In this document: positions 39,101 through 51,764 of the stretch, in pieces
How the letters are laid out: the number at the start of each line of letters is the position of its first letter
Numbering within the stretch: the stretch's first letter is position 1
Assembly (NCBI GenBank): GCA_051362555.1
Contig: CM120640.1
Span: 41,642,788 to 41,706,787 of the forward strand
Length of the DNA stretch: 64,000 nt
From: Lingula anatina
Taxonomy: Eukaryota > Animalia > Brachiopoda
Direction of reading: 5' to 3'
Made by a program: the position numbers and the translations under genes
The notes under the pieces: model-generated
What the model was told of the DNA's origin: nothing
Database searches by the model: none
Seen by the model: the letters and a program-made list of their open reading frames with translations, nothing else

Positions 39101-42100
39101 TTCCCTATCCAATTATGGTCTCTGTAACAGTATTACAAATAGCAGGCTTTTGAAAACCTATACATTCATTCTCATCATTACATTATTGACTTACTTTCTT
39201 TAACTGCATTGATATACCACACTGAATAAAACAGAAACTATTAGTTTTTCCCCCTGTAAGAAATATCATCAAGCTGGTATTCAATCACTCAATCATTTAG
39301 CAATGTCAACATTAAAATACCTGCTGTGTACTAATTACCTGTACAATATGGTCCTTGCTGGTGATTTCAATAGCATCACTGCTGTGTTCTAATGCTGCGA
39401 ATAATGCATCGCATGCACGTAATTTAAGCTGGGATCGTAACTCGCCATGTTCTATGGAGACCAACTCATTCAAACATGTGCCTACATTATGGTTTTCTAT
39501 AAAACGCTGGAAACAAAGCAAAAAAAGTATCAGCATATCTACTTGAGTTAAAGGGATGTTTTTCAATGGTAGAGCCATGCATGTATAGTTTTCTCATGTT
39601 ACTTTCCTACGCAATCTATACAAGAATTTGCAATTGTGGTTTAATTTTTACAGAAGGCTACTAAATGGCAATAGCAATGACAAGATATGCAGAGATTTGT
39701 GTCTGAATGAAGACATTCACATACAGTAACTGTTGGAATGTAAAGTTGCTGATACTTAACATGTCAGCTGAGTAATATTTTTTTCTCTACACAATCACAG
39801 AGACATACTACGATAACTTATACGTAACTTTTATACCTTTTTAAAACTAATATTGAAAACATCTTGTATGTTTTACAAATAAAAAATAAATATGAAAAAA
39901 ACCATCTACTTTTGAAGGTGTACCCTGTCAAATACCTGGGATGCCAGTGACAGAAATATGGACAAGAAAATGAAGATATCCAATAATTTCAACCTATGGG
40001 TCAACTCAACAAAACTGTGTATTGTGACAACATAATGTTGATGTAGAGGAGACTCACAAGTTCCGAGACTCAGGGTGACAATTCTGATCCAAGACTTCTC
40101 TCTGAATGTACTAATAGACTCACCCTATTGAATCCTGCTTGTAAAAGAGGTAAGATTGGTGCTTCTTCTCTGTCTGAAGAACTGAAGGATAAGAGAAAAC
40201 AAATCATTCTGTTTGTCTTGAATGAAATTATTTAACTATAATATGCAATCATGAATATTTATTTCTTGAAATAATTTCCCCCATACCAATGTTAATATCT
40301 TTATAATGACAAAGCTACTTACGGATGTCAAATAAATTCTCATGTACCATCATCTTTTAACAATATATTCTCCCGTTTCTAACATTTTATTGTGAAAAAT
40401 AGGAAGAAATAAGTTTCCATTAAACCATTAGAATAATTATCATATATTTATACAATTCATATTTTCTGCCCACTGAAATTTCCCTCATATCTAGGGTCTT
40501 AATTATGATCAGGAGAGACAACAAGCTGTGGGAATGGAAAATTATCTCACTCACGTCTTTTTGGTAACAGCTATAAGTATTGTGTATTTACTGGCTTTGG
40601 TTGCTCTAATAGACCTGAAAATAAAATAGTATATAGTATGTTGTGAAGGGATTTAATAAATACATTACAAAGCTGCATTTTATCAAAATCACTTTAAGGT
40701 GGTACATGTAACTAGCCCCAAAGCACTGACTGTTAGACCAAATATAGCATATTTCACATAGGTTTCAGAGGAAAGATCGGTTGTATCAAAACTTTATAAC
40801 ATTTCAAAACTAGCACATGGAACTAGCCCCAAACAAGCAGGGCCCTAAGTCAAATGGGCATAATCATAATACATCAGTATCATCAAAAGGTCAACATGCA
40901 CAGAGAAAAAGGAATCATGATCATGGGTTTCAACAAAAATACAGTCAAGCTATTATGCTTACACATGGTACATGTAACAAGCAAAAGCTCCCAGTAACTA
41001 CGATAGCCCCTAGTAAGGTCATATTATAAAGCAATTTGTTGTGATAATTTAAAGCAACTGTCACTATCAGGTAAATTGTGCCTTCCTGTTAGCCATCTTT
41101 CCAGGTGTAGCCCATCTCTCAGCACAGAGGGCATGAAAGCATGCAGGAGTCCCCCTTTATCACTGCTCCTGCACACACCTTCCTACCTACATCTACACAT
41201 CACTCACTGCCAACAGAAATGCTTCTACCAATTTATCTCCACTCAGTCGAAACTGCAGAATTCTAACATGTTTTTTATTTTCACCTTATTCATTTATTGA
41301 GAAAAATTCAATTTCTGTTTTTCTTTTTTTTTCATTTTCTCCAATTCATTTATTAATAAAAATTCAATTTCTATTTTTTTTATTTCTTTTTTTATTTTTT
41401 ATTGTAATTTTTTAAGAGGGGGCAAGTAGAGGTATTGCTTTATCTTGAAGCATGCCAAAAAGACTAATTCAATGCAGATTTTCAAAATGAATTTTCTTTG
41501 AAATGTCATGAATGGTACTTTATCAGTCCTGCATATCATAGATGTATACCTTATTTTGGTATCAACATTCCAGAAACACCACAACCTTATACATAAATGA
41601 TATATGTTTTGGCAAACATTTGCACATTTACAGAAAAAAAATCTAACATACTGTTTTCACCCCAAAACATCACCTTTATTGTATATGTTACAGTCTCTGA
41701 TGTTTGCATAATGAACGCCAAAACCTGCTATAAAGCATTATCAAAATGATTACAAAGAAAATAGTCAACTTTATTAAACCATGACAGGACTAATATAGAC
41801 TTGCCCTTCAAGAAATCGACGGAAAATAGCTCTTTTTCAATTTTGAATGGGCACTGTAGAAAACATATAACAGCTAAAGCTCTCAAATTAAGCACATATG
41901 TGTGATATCATGTGAAGAATAAGTTCTGTAAATTTCAATCCAAGCAGTTGAGTACATTTTGAGACAGAACGCTTTAAATGTGCAGCAAACCGTAACGCTA
42001 ATCCCTTCAAGATCTCGACGAAAACCGGAAGTGCGTCATGACGTCACTCGCTTGTACTTGGAAAGCTGCTGGGTGATTTTCCGATGAGAAATATTTCGTG

Positions 42101-45100
42101 GCTTATACAAATGTTCGGAAAATGACCATGCAGATTAAAGAAAATTCACTTATCAAAATTGAAACTGCGTTATTACATAGAAAAACATTGTGCATTCCTG
42201 ACCTCGACTTGTCAGTGTAAACAAAGTGTACTGAACGCATCGCAAGCAAGCACGTGAATGCCGCGTTTGATACTTTGTATCAGACGCTTCATTTTACTTG
42301 ACAACACAGTGTTTATTCACCACTTTACAGATACTTACAAAATCGCTGCGCGCATGCGTGAGAATTGCATTGTGGGAAAAAATAGAGCAAAACAAAAACA
42401 GCGAGTATACGAATAATGGGGAATAACCTCGACGATCACACACTCTGGTCCATGATTGTAAAATTAGCGGGAAATTACCTTTCTCGATACCTTCTATCAT
42501 TTCTGCAACTTGAAACACAGCAGGTAGTCATTATTTTGTGTTCAAGAGCCTTCGCGCCATGAGTTCACGCTCTTTCCCCCTCCCACAATGCAGTTCGAGT
42601 TTCCTGTCGACGTACAACTGTAAAGTGATGAATGATGGGCATGACAGGAAATACAGTGCAAAAAACACGCACTTCCGGTTTTCGTCGATTTCTTGAAGGC
42701 GTCGATTTCTTGAAGGGCGAGTCTACTTGAATCTGGGGCAGAAAACAACTAACAAAAGATGAACAACTTCACTGTACGTTGTATATGAATGCACATAAGA
42801 TAATATAAGATGGAAATACCATCTTAGTACAAGCTGGTAGTTAAAGTGGAGTTCAATACACTGCTGGTTTTCTCATTTCCAGTCATCAAATCTATTTCAC
42901 ACCTGGGCAATTACAAGAAGGCATGACCAACAGTCCAGCAACCAGTCAATGGTGCTGTTTGTATAGTGAGGTCGATCAGATTTCTAGAGTTTCTGAATAA
43001 TGATAATATCATTTTAAGAATATTTCAGCATTGGTCAATCAGTATTATTCTAGTTTAAACTACAGCAAACTTGTGCATCCCTAAAAACGTCTTTTTCTTA
43101 TGTTTATGGAGGATATGAGAGCTGAAAATATAACTGTTATGGAAAGTAACCATTATTTTGGAAACACATATTTCACATGAAATGTGCCAACATTTTTTTT
43201 AGCCAAATCAGTCTTTTTCTATTCCCCTTTAATGTTTTTGTACTCATTAGTAAAACATTCTACATAAAAGCAATACTATATATGTACTGATAATGGGACT
43301 GAGTATACCTGCATAAGGTCTCTGCATCAAAGTGCTTGGAATGTCTATGATCGATAACTACGACATCTGGGTGTTTGTCCAGAAAGATGTCCAAGGCGGT
43401 CTCCGAGTTACGAGCGAGGTTGCATTTATATCCGGCTTTGTCTGCTGCAAACCAGAAGCTATCGCTCTGCCCGTCATCCTTCCCAAACACCAGCAGAATC
43501 TAAAAAGAGACAAAATTTAATACAAAATAGGCATGCATGGAATTTATATATTTAAGTAAAAAAATAAAATAAAATTTTCATATAACTACATAAATGCTAA
43601 GAGAAGGCTGTAAAAAGGTTGTATGTTGGAAGAAAAGAATTGGATGCCGCTGTACATGCATGCACCAATACATAAACATTCATGCCATTTTTATTATTTT
43701 TCTTTTCAGGGCAAACTCAGAAATTTGCTGTGACTATTTAATGAAAGAACATGTAGATTCCTAGTATTGTGCAGCAAAGACATAACCCTCATCTTAAAAG
43801 AATATACATGGGTCATTCCACCATAAAAAGTGAGCATTTGAGTAACATTGGTACATGTAACACACATTTTGAGTAGCATTTGAGTGACTGGTTAATATCG
43901 CCTTTTGATTATTGTTGATTTCTTTTCATATTGGAGTTTATGAAAATAATACAGCACGTCAAAATTATGCAAATATAACACAACATTTGTGCCTCACCAA
44001 TGCAGTAAAAGTGTTTCTTCAATCGATCCAATTATAGTAGTGCCTGCTATATAAATGCAAACTTTTTCCATGTTGTCAATGTCTTTGTACTTTCTCTTTT
44101 GCATTGAAAAATATGAAACTTGCAATCTAAATCCCTTTTAAATGCAGGTTCGCCTACAGAGTACAGTGTCTGTACAAAAAAATTAAGTCACATTATCTGT
44201 GTGTCCCAATAACAAACATGTCAGCTTAGTCTATAATTGTTTTTGTTAGAACACAAAATGTTTATCAAACCAATTTGACACAAAGAAAATACAACAATCA
44301 CAAACATTTCATTAAGTAAAACAATAAAAGGCAGCAACATTCTGGCATGTAAAACATGGCCCCCAATACTTAAAAAAAAACTTCTCAACAATCCAAAACA
44401 AGTGTCAATCAACACAGAAGTCATGACAAACAAACAGGATGACATTTTATCATTATCTTCTCTGGGATGAAAAATACAACATTGTGAAACATAACCATTG
44501 GTCCTATAGACAAATTTATGAAAATATGAAACGATCTATGAAATTTGTCCCTGTTTTTTTTATTTTTCATGCACTGGCAGTCTAATAAGTTTTTTTAGGA
44601 GAAATAAACCATAATATTTGTGGTCAAAATTCACCTGAATGCATGCACTACTTAAAAAATCTTCCTGGGGGGGGGGGCATGCCCCCAGACCCCACAAGCC
44701 TGCTGGGATCGTAGAAATTTTGGTTCTAAAAGAAACTACAGGTCTATAGATTCCCAGAATCTCATTATAGACCAACATCTATGGAGTCATAAATTGCTAT
44801 GTGAGAAACTGAATTACAATAAAATATTATGTTGCATTTACACAATCCATTGTTAAGACGAGGTGGAATTCATCCGAATGGGTTTATTCACATGGCATAG
44901 GGAAAGCTGATTACAATTTATCATACATAGACCACAGCAGGTGGTGTTCACATTAAGTAATGACATCATGCCAACCAAAACAGAATCACTCTATGTTTAT
45001 GGTATGTGCGAGGGCGGCCAAAATGAATACAAGAAATACCATATTTCAGGCAGTTTTTTCAGAGAAGTTACCATGTTTCGCTGCCTTATTTACCTCTTAA

Positions 45101-48100
45101 ACTATCAAGGGTCTGTAAGAAAGTGAGGAACAACTTGTTGATGGAATAATGACAGGAAAATGTTAACCTAACTCACTGAATTCTTCCATTTCCCAAGCTG
45201 CATTTGAAGCATACTTCAAGGGGTGGCAGACAGTTCAAACTCCCAGAAAATCCTTAGAACCTATATAACTTATTTATAACAAAAACATCCCTGCTCCGAA
45301 AAAAGGCGAGAGTTGTAATGAAAATTTAAAGCAGGCAATTAATTATCAGACATACAAAGACATTTATGAAAACCTGTATGGTTCTAGGTGACATGATAAT
45401 ATTACCATGTTGAACATAACTATGCATACCCATATCATTTCTTCAAACAAATTGGTAAATTGATGGGGTTTATCTGTATCCCTGTGGCATGCGTAAAAGA
45501 AAGCGCCTCCATGAGCTATCACTTTTCAATTTCTGCCCACTCTGCTTAAGGTAATGGTGCGTGCTGATTAACTCCATGATGGACACATCAGCTTTCTGAT
45601 GCCGGGCCAAGAAGAAGTTAGACTTCAATGTGAAAAGCTATGTCAGTTAATCCCTGTTCAAACTACATGTTAAAAACAACAGTGGAGGATATCAGGATAG
45701 TCTCATAGTTATCAGTTATCCAAACATACTTCTTGCATTCAAATGCACAAGAACAGAGCCAGATAATCAACCACAGGCTTCAAATGCCATTATGATCATA
45801 CTAAAATGAAATGTTTTCAATTTTTAAAAAATCTACTTAAAAATATCTGCAACAAATACAGGCTACAAAGTTGTGTTAAACGTGTTCCTTTAAATTACAA
45901 GTATAGACTGTCACAGATGTCTTCAAAGTGACAAAATTCACAAATAAATATTTTGCTCCAATTTAATAGACAATGCCTTTAAAAACTTTCAAAAATATAC
46001 TGACAGCTTCAAATTCTGTTTTAAGTTTGTTAAAGCAGCATGAGACAGGTAATTTTTCTAATCGCAGCATCTTGTAGTATTGCTGTAGTATCCTATGTTG
46101 TATTTACACCAAACTCCGACACTACTTAAGCACTTGCACTAAGTTACACAGCAACAGAGAGAGACAACTTTGATCTAAATTCAAGCACTATATTAAATAG
46201 CGTTGTTGTCGAAGGTTAAAATGACCACATAGGAAATGTTCTACAGGAGAACTTAAGTCCCAAAATTAATCTAAACTTTAATACCAAAATTTTGGTCTAA
46301 TTTGGTTTAAGATAGATTCATAACCATCCACTTACATTAAGTAAGAATTGGTCTGAAACATTTGTCGTCTTTCTCTCTATTAAAAATCAAAACATTTCTT
46401 TTAATTGCACTACTACACTGAATAATCTACGGTCATAAAAGACTAAAATTTTGGTATAAAATTTTGGACATATTTCAGACTATAGTACTCCAATTGATAC
46501 AACCCCTGCTGATAGGAAAGGTTAAACATGTTTTGGCCAGCAATTAAAGAAGAATAAAATTGCTACTAATTACTTGATTAATAAGAAAGATGTCCCTCAA
46601 CATGTTCCTCATGTATATAAAAATGCATACAAACACAACATACAAACATATACAGACATTTCTTTCTTCATTTTTGTAAAGAAAAGAAAGTGATCAGGCC
46701 TCAGACGTATAGGGAATTTTAAAATTCCTTTCAGTCAATTTCTCATTGATTTGGATGGAATTTGATTCATTTGCTCAAACAAAATATGTTCTATCAGGGA
46801 GTGCACATCACATCAACTTCTCACATTGTTTTCTACTCAAATAGCAAGAAAAATAAAGGCATTTCCACTGGGAACTAACTCAGAAAATAAAGAAAAATAT
46901 TCCTAATTAACAACATTACCTTTGACATTTCTACAGAGATGTACGGGAGACTGGCACGCCATGTAGTAACCAACCATATACAATTTCAGGTATTTTTCAA
47001 AACAACAGCTTGAGGAAAGGTGAGACATTCAAGTGAGTTGCCATGGTAACCACTATATCCCACGTTGGTTCATGGCTAGCATCCATTTTGGTAAACAAAT
47101 TAGTTTTGTATCTTTACAGCATGCACTGAACTTGCCTTGTGGAAGACTTTTACTAGAATGGTAGAAGACTCTAGTTCATTCACCTTCGCAGATATGGTCA
47201 TCTTACTTTCTTTAAGAAAGAAGAGCTAATGTTTTTCTGCCAGCGTAACCATAGTTACTATTTCACTAGATAGATTTCCAATGGAAAACTGAAATAATAA
47301 TACTGAAGGGCTACTTTCATGGGATTTTCCTGACAAAATGAATTTTCCTGGGATAAAGAGCAATTCTCTCTTACTAACACATACATTGCTTGACCAGTCT
47401 TTAAACTTAGATTCAATGTTTTTATTCCATTTTTAATAGAATACTTTAGTTGAAATGACTGGCCAGTCATTATAAACAAAATATACCATCACATGCATCG
47501 CCTTGTTTTCACACAAGTAAATGTTAGCTTGCTTTTTTATCACCATCCTGTGCCATGTATAATACAGATGTTGCAAGCTGGCAATGGCTACCAGAGAGGT
47601 TGAAAAGATAGTAAGGACAAAAGGTACACATCAGATAAGATATTTTTTAAGAATTTTATTGTCTTTGGAGTCTGAATTAGGAAATTTAAGAAACTTAACT
47701 GTACATAAATATGACAGAGGGGGATTTTCAACTGCATGGAGAGTCTCTAATAATTCATTTTGGTGGTAAAATCCCACAGAGTGGCCCTTTAACCTTTTGG
47801 AAATCTCTTTATGTCTGATTTATGAAACATGAAACAGTACACAGATATGGAATTAATGAAATAATGTTTTAACTACATAATATAAAAATGTATTTAAATT
47901 GGAGAAACATTCCCTTGGTATTATTCTTATTAATAACTGAGAGTCCTTTCTCATGATTGAATGCCAAGTTTAAATAATAGAGAATAAAGTCTTCATTGTA
48001 ATCAAATATGTTGCCTATTAGGAGGTCAGATTCTTGTTTAATAACATAATCAAGTGACAGTTTACAAAACCCACAAGGCAAACTTATATCAATAAATTCC

Positions 48101-50086
48101 CCATGAGCTCAAAATGAAGATGCCCCTGATCAAATGTAAAGGTCACTTTCAGATGCTTATCGTTAGTTTGATCAATTACTTGATGATTCATAATTGGTCA
48201 ATAATGGATGCATGATTCTTAGAAACCCACCAGCATGATCATGGTCAAGAGGTTATGAACTTTATAAGAACTCTCACTGGTGCAAAATTCCTGGTCAATA
48301 AATATCATACAAATTACAGATCATATTTATATTCTGAAATTGTCTCCCTTTTCCCATTTCTCTCCCTTCTCCTCTATCTGCATTTTCAAGCAAGCAAACT
48401 TTAATCCTCTTTTCACCAATACATTTTTCATAAATCTCAGGCCTCATAAACGGATTAGGCGTTTCCTAGCACGAGCCTCAGATTCCCGAGCGCAAACGCC
48501 AATATTAATGAGCCCCACCTCAGATTAACAAGCACAATGTAAAGTTACCGAGCACAAACTTAGCGTTTCCAAGCACTAGCCGTTGATCTGCTTATTTACC
48601 TGTTCGGTATGTTCCGTATGAGCCGAAGGTTGTCGAGAACGCATTGCTGTTGTATTAATACGCGGTATGGATAGTGGAATATACTAATGCAGTAGTTTGG
48701 TTTGTTTTGAGAATTTTACATATTTATTTTGCTCAAGTTAAAATATTGATACATGGAAACAGATATTTCTGAGTCGGTGAAAATAGTCGATGAATCATTT
48801 TTTATTTGCATCCTATTTATCATTTCCGTAGTGTCATTATTTAGGTGCTCACATAGTCCATGTGCTTAGAATAATCACGACAATTCTCTTCAAAATCTGT
48901 CAGTAATGATCTAGCCACTTTATATGGTCGTGCCATGGATGTTAAAAATCCTTTTTTTTCGTCAAGAGACAGAAAGGGGAGATAATATTACTTGTTTGCG
49001 CCCAGAAATCTCTGAAAGTTCAACCGTTATGTCTCTTGTATCTTCCGCCATCTTGAAAATAGTCCTGAGTTGATAAAAAGAACCCGTATGTAAGCAGCCG
49101 TGGGCCCCGCTGGAAACTGGACAAATTGATAGTGCTTGGAAATGCCAAGTTTGTGCTCGGTAACTTTACGTTGTGCTTGTTAATCTGAGGTGGGGCTCGT
49201 TAATATTGGCGTTTGCGCGAGGGAATCTGAGGCTCTTGCTCAGAAACGGCAATTATCATTTATTAGGGCTGAATCTGAAGAAAAACTGATGATATTAAAA
49301 CATGTTCCACCCATTTTATAAACCAGGAAGCAAAGCTGTCTATTATGGACAGATATATAAATGACAAAGCTGATAGATGCACTAATGTAAAATGATGACA
49401 ATGCACAAAATGTGTCAATTTTGATGCAATATTACATAATGCTTATGAGCATAATCCCCACAAAATTTCAATAATATGTTATCAGTACTGTGGAAATTCA
49501 GAAAATGTTACTGGGGCAGAACTCCAGGCCCAGGTGACTTTAAAGTCACACCCTGAAGATGAAATGCCAATTTGTGAAAAAAGGAAAATTTGCAAAAAAA
49601 CTGCAAACCAAAAAAAAAAAAAAGGCATTATAAAGTTGTCATTTAAATTTGTCATGTATTTTGGTGCTGCAAATCATTCTGGTAAGTTTTAGGTCCTATT
49701 CGCACAGACGCCATTGGTCTATGTGGAGTGACCCAAGTCTGTGGGGACTCTCACTGACTGCAATCAGCTTAACTGACAGACACTTCTCCTTCTGACATTA
49801 AGTAAAATACAGAAAAGCTAGTGATTATAAGAGTTCTTGGAAACAAGAACAGACGTGTCATTCAGATAAGTTGATTGCACTTAACGAGTCTCTGCAGATC
49901 TATCCATATAGACCAATGGTGCCTATGGGCATGGGGTCTAAATGGACAATAAGTGACTTGGTTTTTCATTTATAGCATAAACTGTGAAAAGTGCATGGTG
50001 CAGATGAGGCCAAAGATGCTGGTGACAATGACAACAGGCACAGGTTACATGGCTACATGTCTAGACACATTGAGATACAAATTGTC

Positions 50087-50131
<45 letters not shown>

Positions 50132-51764
50132 AGAACATTGTGGGAAATGCTGTCTGTTACCAAAAAAAGTTCATTTAAAATCTTGACTATTTACTCCGAG
50201 ACTCATGGTTTACCTGCAATCTAAATATGAGATGTAAGATGGTTTTTACAGGAATATGTGTTTACTAGGAAAATTTTGTTCAGTTGATAATCTATTTTCC
50301 TGGAAAATCTCCTTTGGTAGCCCTAAAATTGGTGCAGATAAACCTCGCCGATGAACTAAATCAAATGGAATTTATCACATTTTAAATTATAAGGGGTTGA
50401 TTAATTTAGGTTGCCCTTTGAGAGTTTAAATACATAAATGTAAATTGGAAATTAACTTAAGCATAAACAGGATACTATAACTACTTTGTGAAATTAGTAT
50501 TCATTGTCAAATCTGTCTGTTGTCTGGTAATACTGAAATCTTTGTTTTCATTAATTTGATATTATGTCCATGTCTTTTTTTATTTTTTTCAAAGGAAGGT
50601 AAGGGAAATAGGGACTTTCAATTTTCAACCTTGGAAAAAGTTAACTATATCTCTAGTCATTGTACAGTAAAAGTTAAATATGTAAAACTAGACAGAGATG
50701 TGGTCTCTCAAACAGAATAATTATGTATCACATTTCTTGGACAAATGAACACCCCCATTTATTTCTTGGGAATTCACATCATCATCCCCCATTCACAGCT
50801 TGATGACATTCCAGGAAAGCTGTAGAAAGTGCTGTGGTGTCTGGAGCAAAGAACTTCAATGGAAGCATCTCAATAAAAGAATAGAAGTGCTAGAAAAATG
50901 TGTGCCAACATCAAAAATTATGTGATTTAGACCAACATTTCTATTAAGAATTCTCAGGGCAGATACAGGTGACTTAATAGACTTATGTTTACATATTCTC
51001 TCAATGCCAAATTCTAAATTAATTTTAGGTTAGATACACATATATAACATTTAATTATTCTTTCACCAAGTAATTGGCTTGGCACATAAATGGTCTAGCT
51101 ACAAACTGTAAGATTTCACAATAATTGTTCTGCTTGGAAACATTTTCTATAGTCGTAATGTTGCTGGGGTTTGTTCACACACAGTTTTACTTGCTCTATC
51201 CGAGAGGATTCATCAATCTTAATCAAATATGAAGCAGTTTGTATCTTTGGCATATATGTAAACAATTTTTTCCTGTACCTACAGTTATGACAACTGTGAA
51301 GGAGTCAAAGCGTGACTACATCATAGAGATACAGGCCCCAGTAAGGAACTACATGATAAATGTAATTTTGAAGAGGTTCTGTTTCACTTTCAATAATCAC
51401 CAGTTCCCAGAAAAAAAGGAGGTTCTGTCATTTTTCATCAGTTTAGCCTGGATTCCCTTCAAGTTATTACTAAAAGCAATGATCTTTCGTTTACCCTACT
51501 GCTCCAATCAAACATCATATAAATGCTGAAAGAGGGCAGCATGCATGTGTGCAGACGTGCAGGCATGTATGTCTGTCTGTCTACAAATGTGCGTACATGT
51601 GTGCGTGCATGCCTCCAAGTGATGGAACAGTGACCTAAAGTACTTTGGTTAAACAATATGCATTTTCATCAAAGAATTTGTTTTTTCTCAACTTTTTGCC
51701 TACTCACCGACATAGTATGCTGTTTCAGCCGCATTGGACCGAATGTTAGTTCACTCTCTGAGAC
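20504..51764 (-). CDS. PDE8: High-affinity cAMP-specific phosphodiesterase 8 (REC + PAS + class I catalytic domain), 20 exons in window, 5'-partial
   Basis: Exons (minus): 51764-51708, 43499-43309, 40614-40555, 40181-40124, 39506-39339, 38829-38689, 38264-38176, 37766-37681, 37372-37292, 33401-33325, 32506-32333, 29751-29709, 29204-29069, 28931-28733, 28286-28156, 27896-27810, 27539-27401, 21726-21568, 21226-21097, 20790-20504 (2493 nt, 830 codons plus TAG). PDE8 hallmarks: [15 protein letters not shown] (REC), [12 protein letters not shown] (PAS), [26 protein letters not shown]. Catalytic motifs: [50 protein letters not shown]. No start exon was recognised in 51765-64000. Confidence 0.95.
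24356..24485 (+). repeat. 65-bp tandem duplication inside a HINE
   Basis: CGTGTGTTTTATGTAATCTCATTTAATGGCCACTTGAAAA... at 24356 and 24421. Confidence 0.85.
26130..27245 (+). repeat. ~160-bp tandem core repeats, ~7 units
   Basis: Same unit; the central units share a locally homogenised variant (ATAGCTTAAATTTACTAAAAATGACCCAATCAAGCTAA, CCATTTATGGTG). Confidence 0.9.
30127..30737. mobile_element. Non-autonomous DNA transposon with TIRs and TSD
   Basis: Inverted TTC(T/C)GAAGGTCCACTATTCCTAA near both ends, GGG...CCC termini, flanking direct repeat TATTGA (30121-30126 and 30738-30743; extendable to CCTATTGA). Confidence 0.7.
35009..35395 (-). mobile_element. Minimal HINE copy (387 bp, single core unit)
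   Basis: Both termini intact. The first ~140 bp are nearly identical to 21965-22105, followed by one core unit, the microsatellite and the palindrome. Confidence 0.85.
35557..35725. mobile_element. Small MITE remnant (related fragment at ~30786-30940)
   Basis: CAGTCCCATGGCCAG ... CTGGCTACAGGCTTG imperfect TIR. Both loci share GCAATTTCAAAGGA and a poly-C tract. Confidence 0.4.
36055..36130. repeat. (GT)n microsatellite, interrupted
   Basis: Directly visible. Confidence 0.95.
36869..37172. mobile_element. MITE (~300 bp) with ~75-bp imperfect TIRs
   Basis: GAGCGCATTCAGAACAAACTGATCTGTGGACTAA versus TTAGTCTGCGGATCATCTGTTCTGATTGCGCTC; pairing continues inward. Confidence 0.7.
41798..42723. mobile_element. 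CpG-rich non-autonomous DNA transposon, TA-flanked
   Basis: TA|GACTTGCCCTTCAAGAAATCGACG ... CGTCGATTTCTTGAAGGGCGAGTC|TA (24-bp TIR, 1 mismatch). A second inner inverted pair lies at 42003-42036 and 42667-42700. Confidence 0.8.
48438..49271. mobile_element. Non-autonomous DNA transposon with ~140-bp TIRs and 5-bp TSD
   Basis: CAG...CTG termini; TIRs at 48438-48578 and 49130-49271 are near-identical; AATCT direct repeat at 48433-48437 and 49272-49276. Confidence 0.85.
49319..50095 (-). mobile_element. Old, diverged HINE copy
   Basis: Decayed termini AAACCAGGAAGCAAAGCTGTC and ...AAAGTGCATGGTG...GGCTACATGTCTAGACACA...TGTCTGTA. Internal block resembles modules of the younger copies. Confidence 0.6.
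49692..49938. mobile_element. MITE nested in the old HINE copy
   Basis: TA|GGTCCTATTCGCACAGACGCCATTGGTCTATGTGGA ... TCCATATAGACCAATGGTGCCTATGGGCATGGGGTC|TA, imperfect ~36-bp TIRs. Confidence 0.6.
50090..50130. repeat. Poly-A tract at the end of the old HINE
   Basis: Run of ~41 A. Confidence 0.9.

Noticed and set aside
43810-44875. Possible old TIR element (GGGTCATTCCACC ... GGTGGAATTCATCC)
   Set aside because: The match is too short and degenerate and has no TSD.
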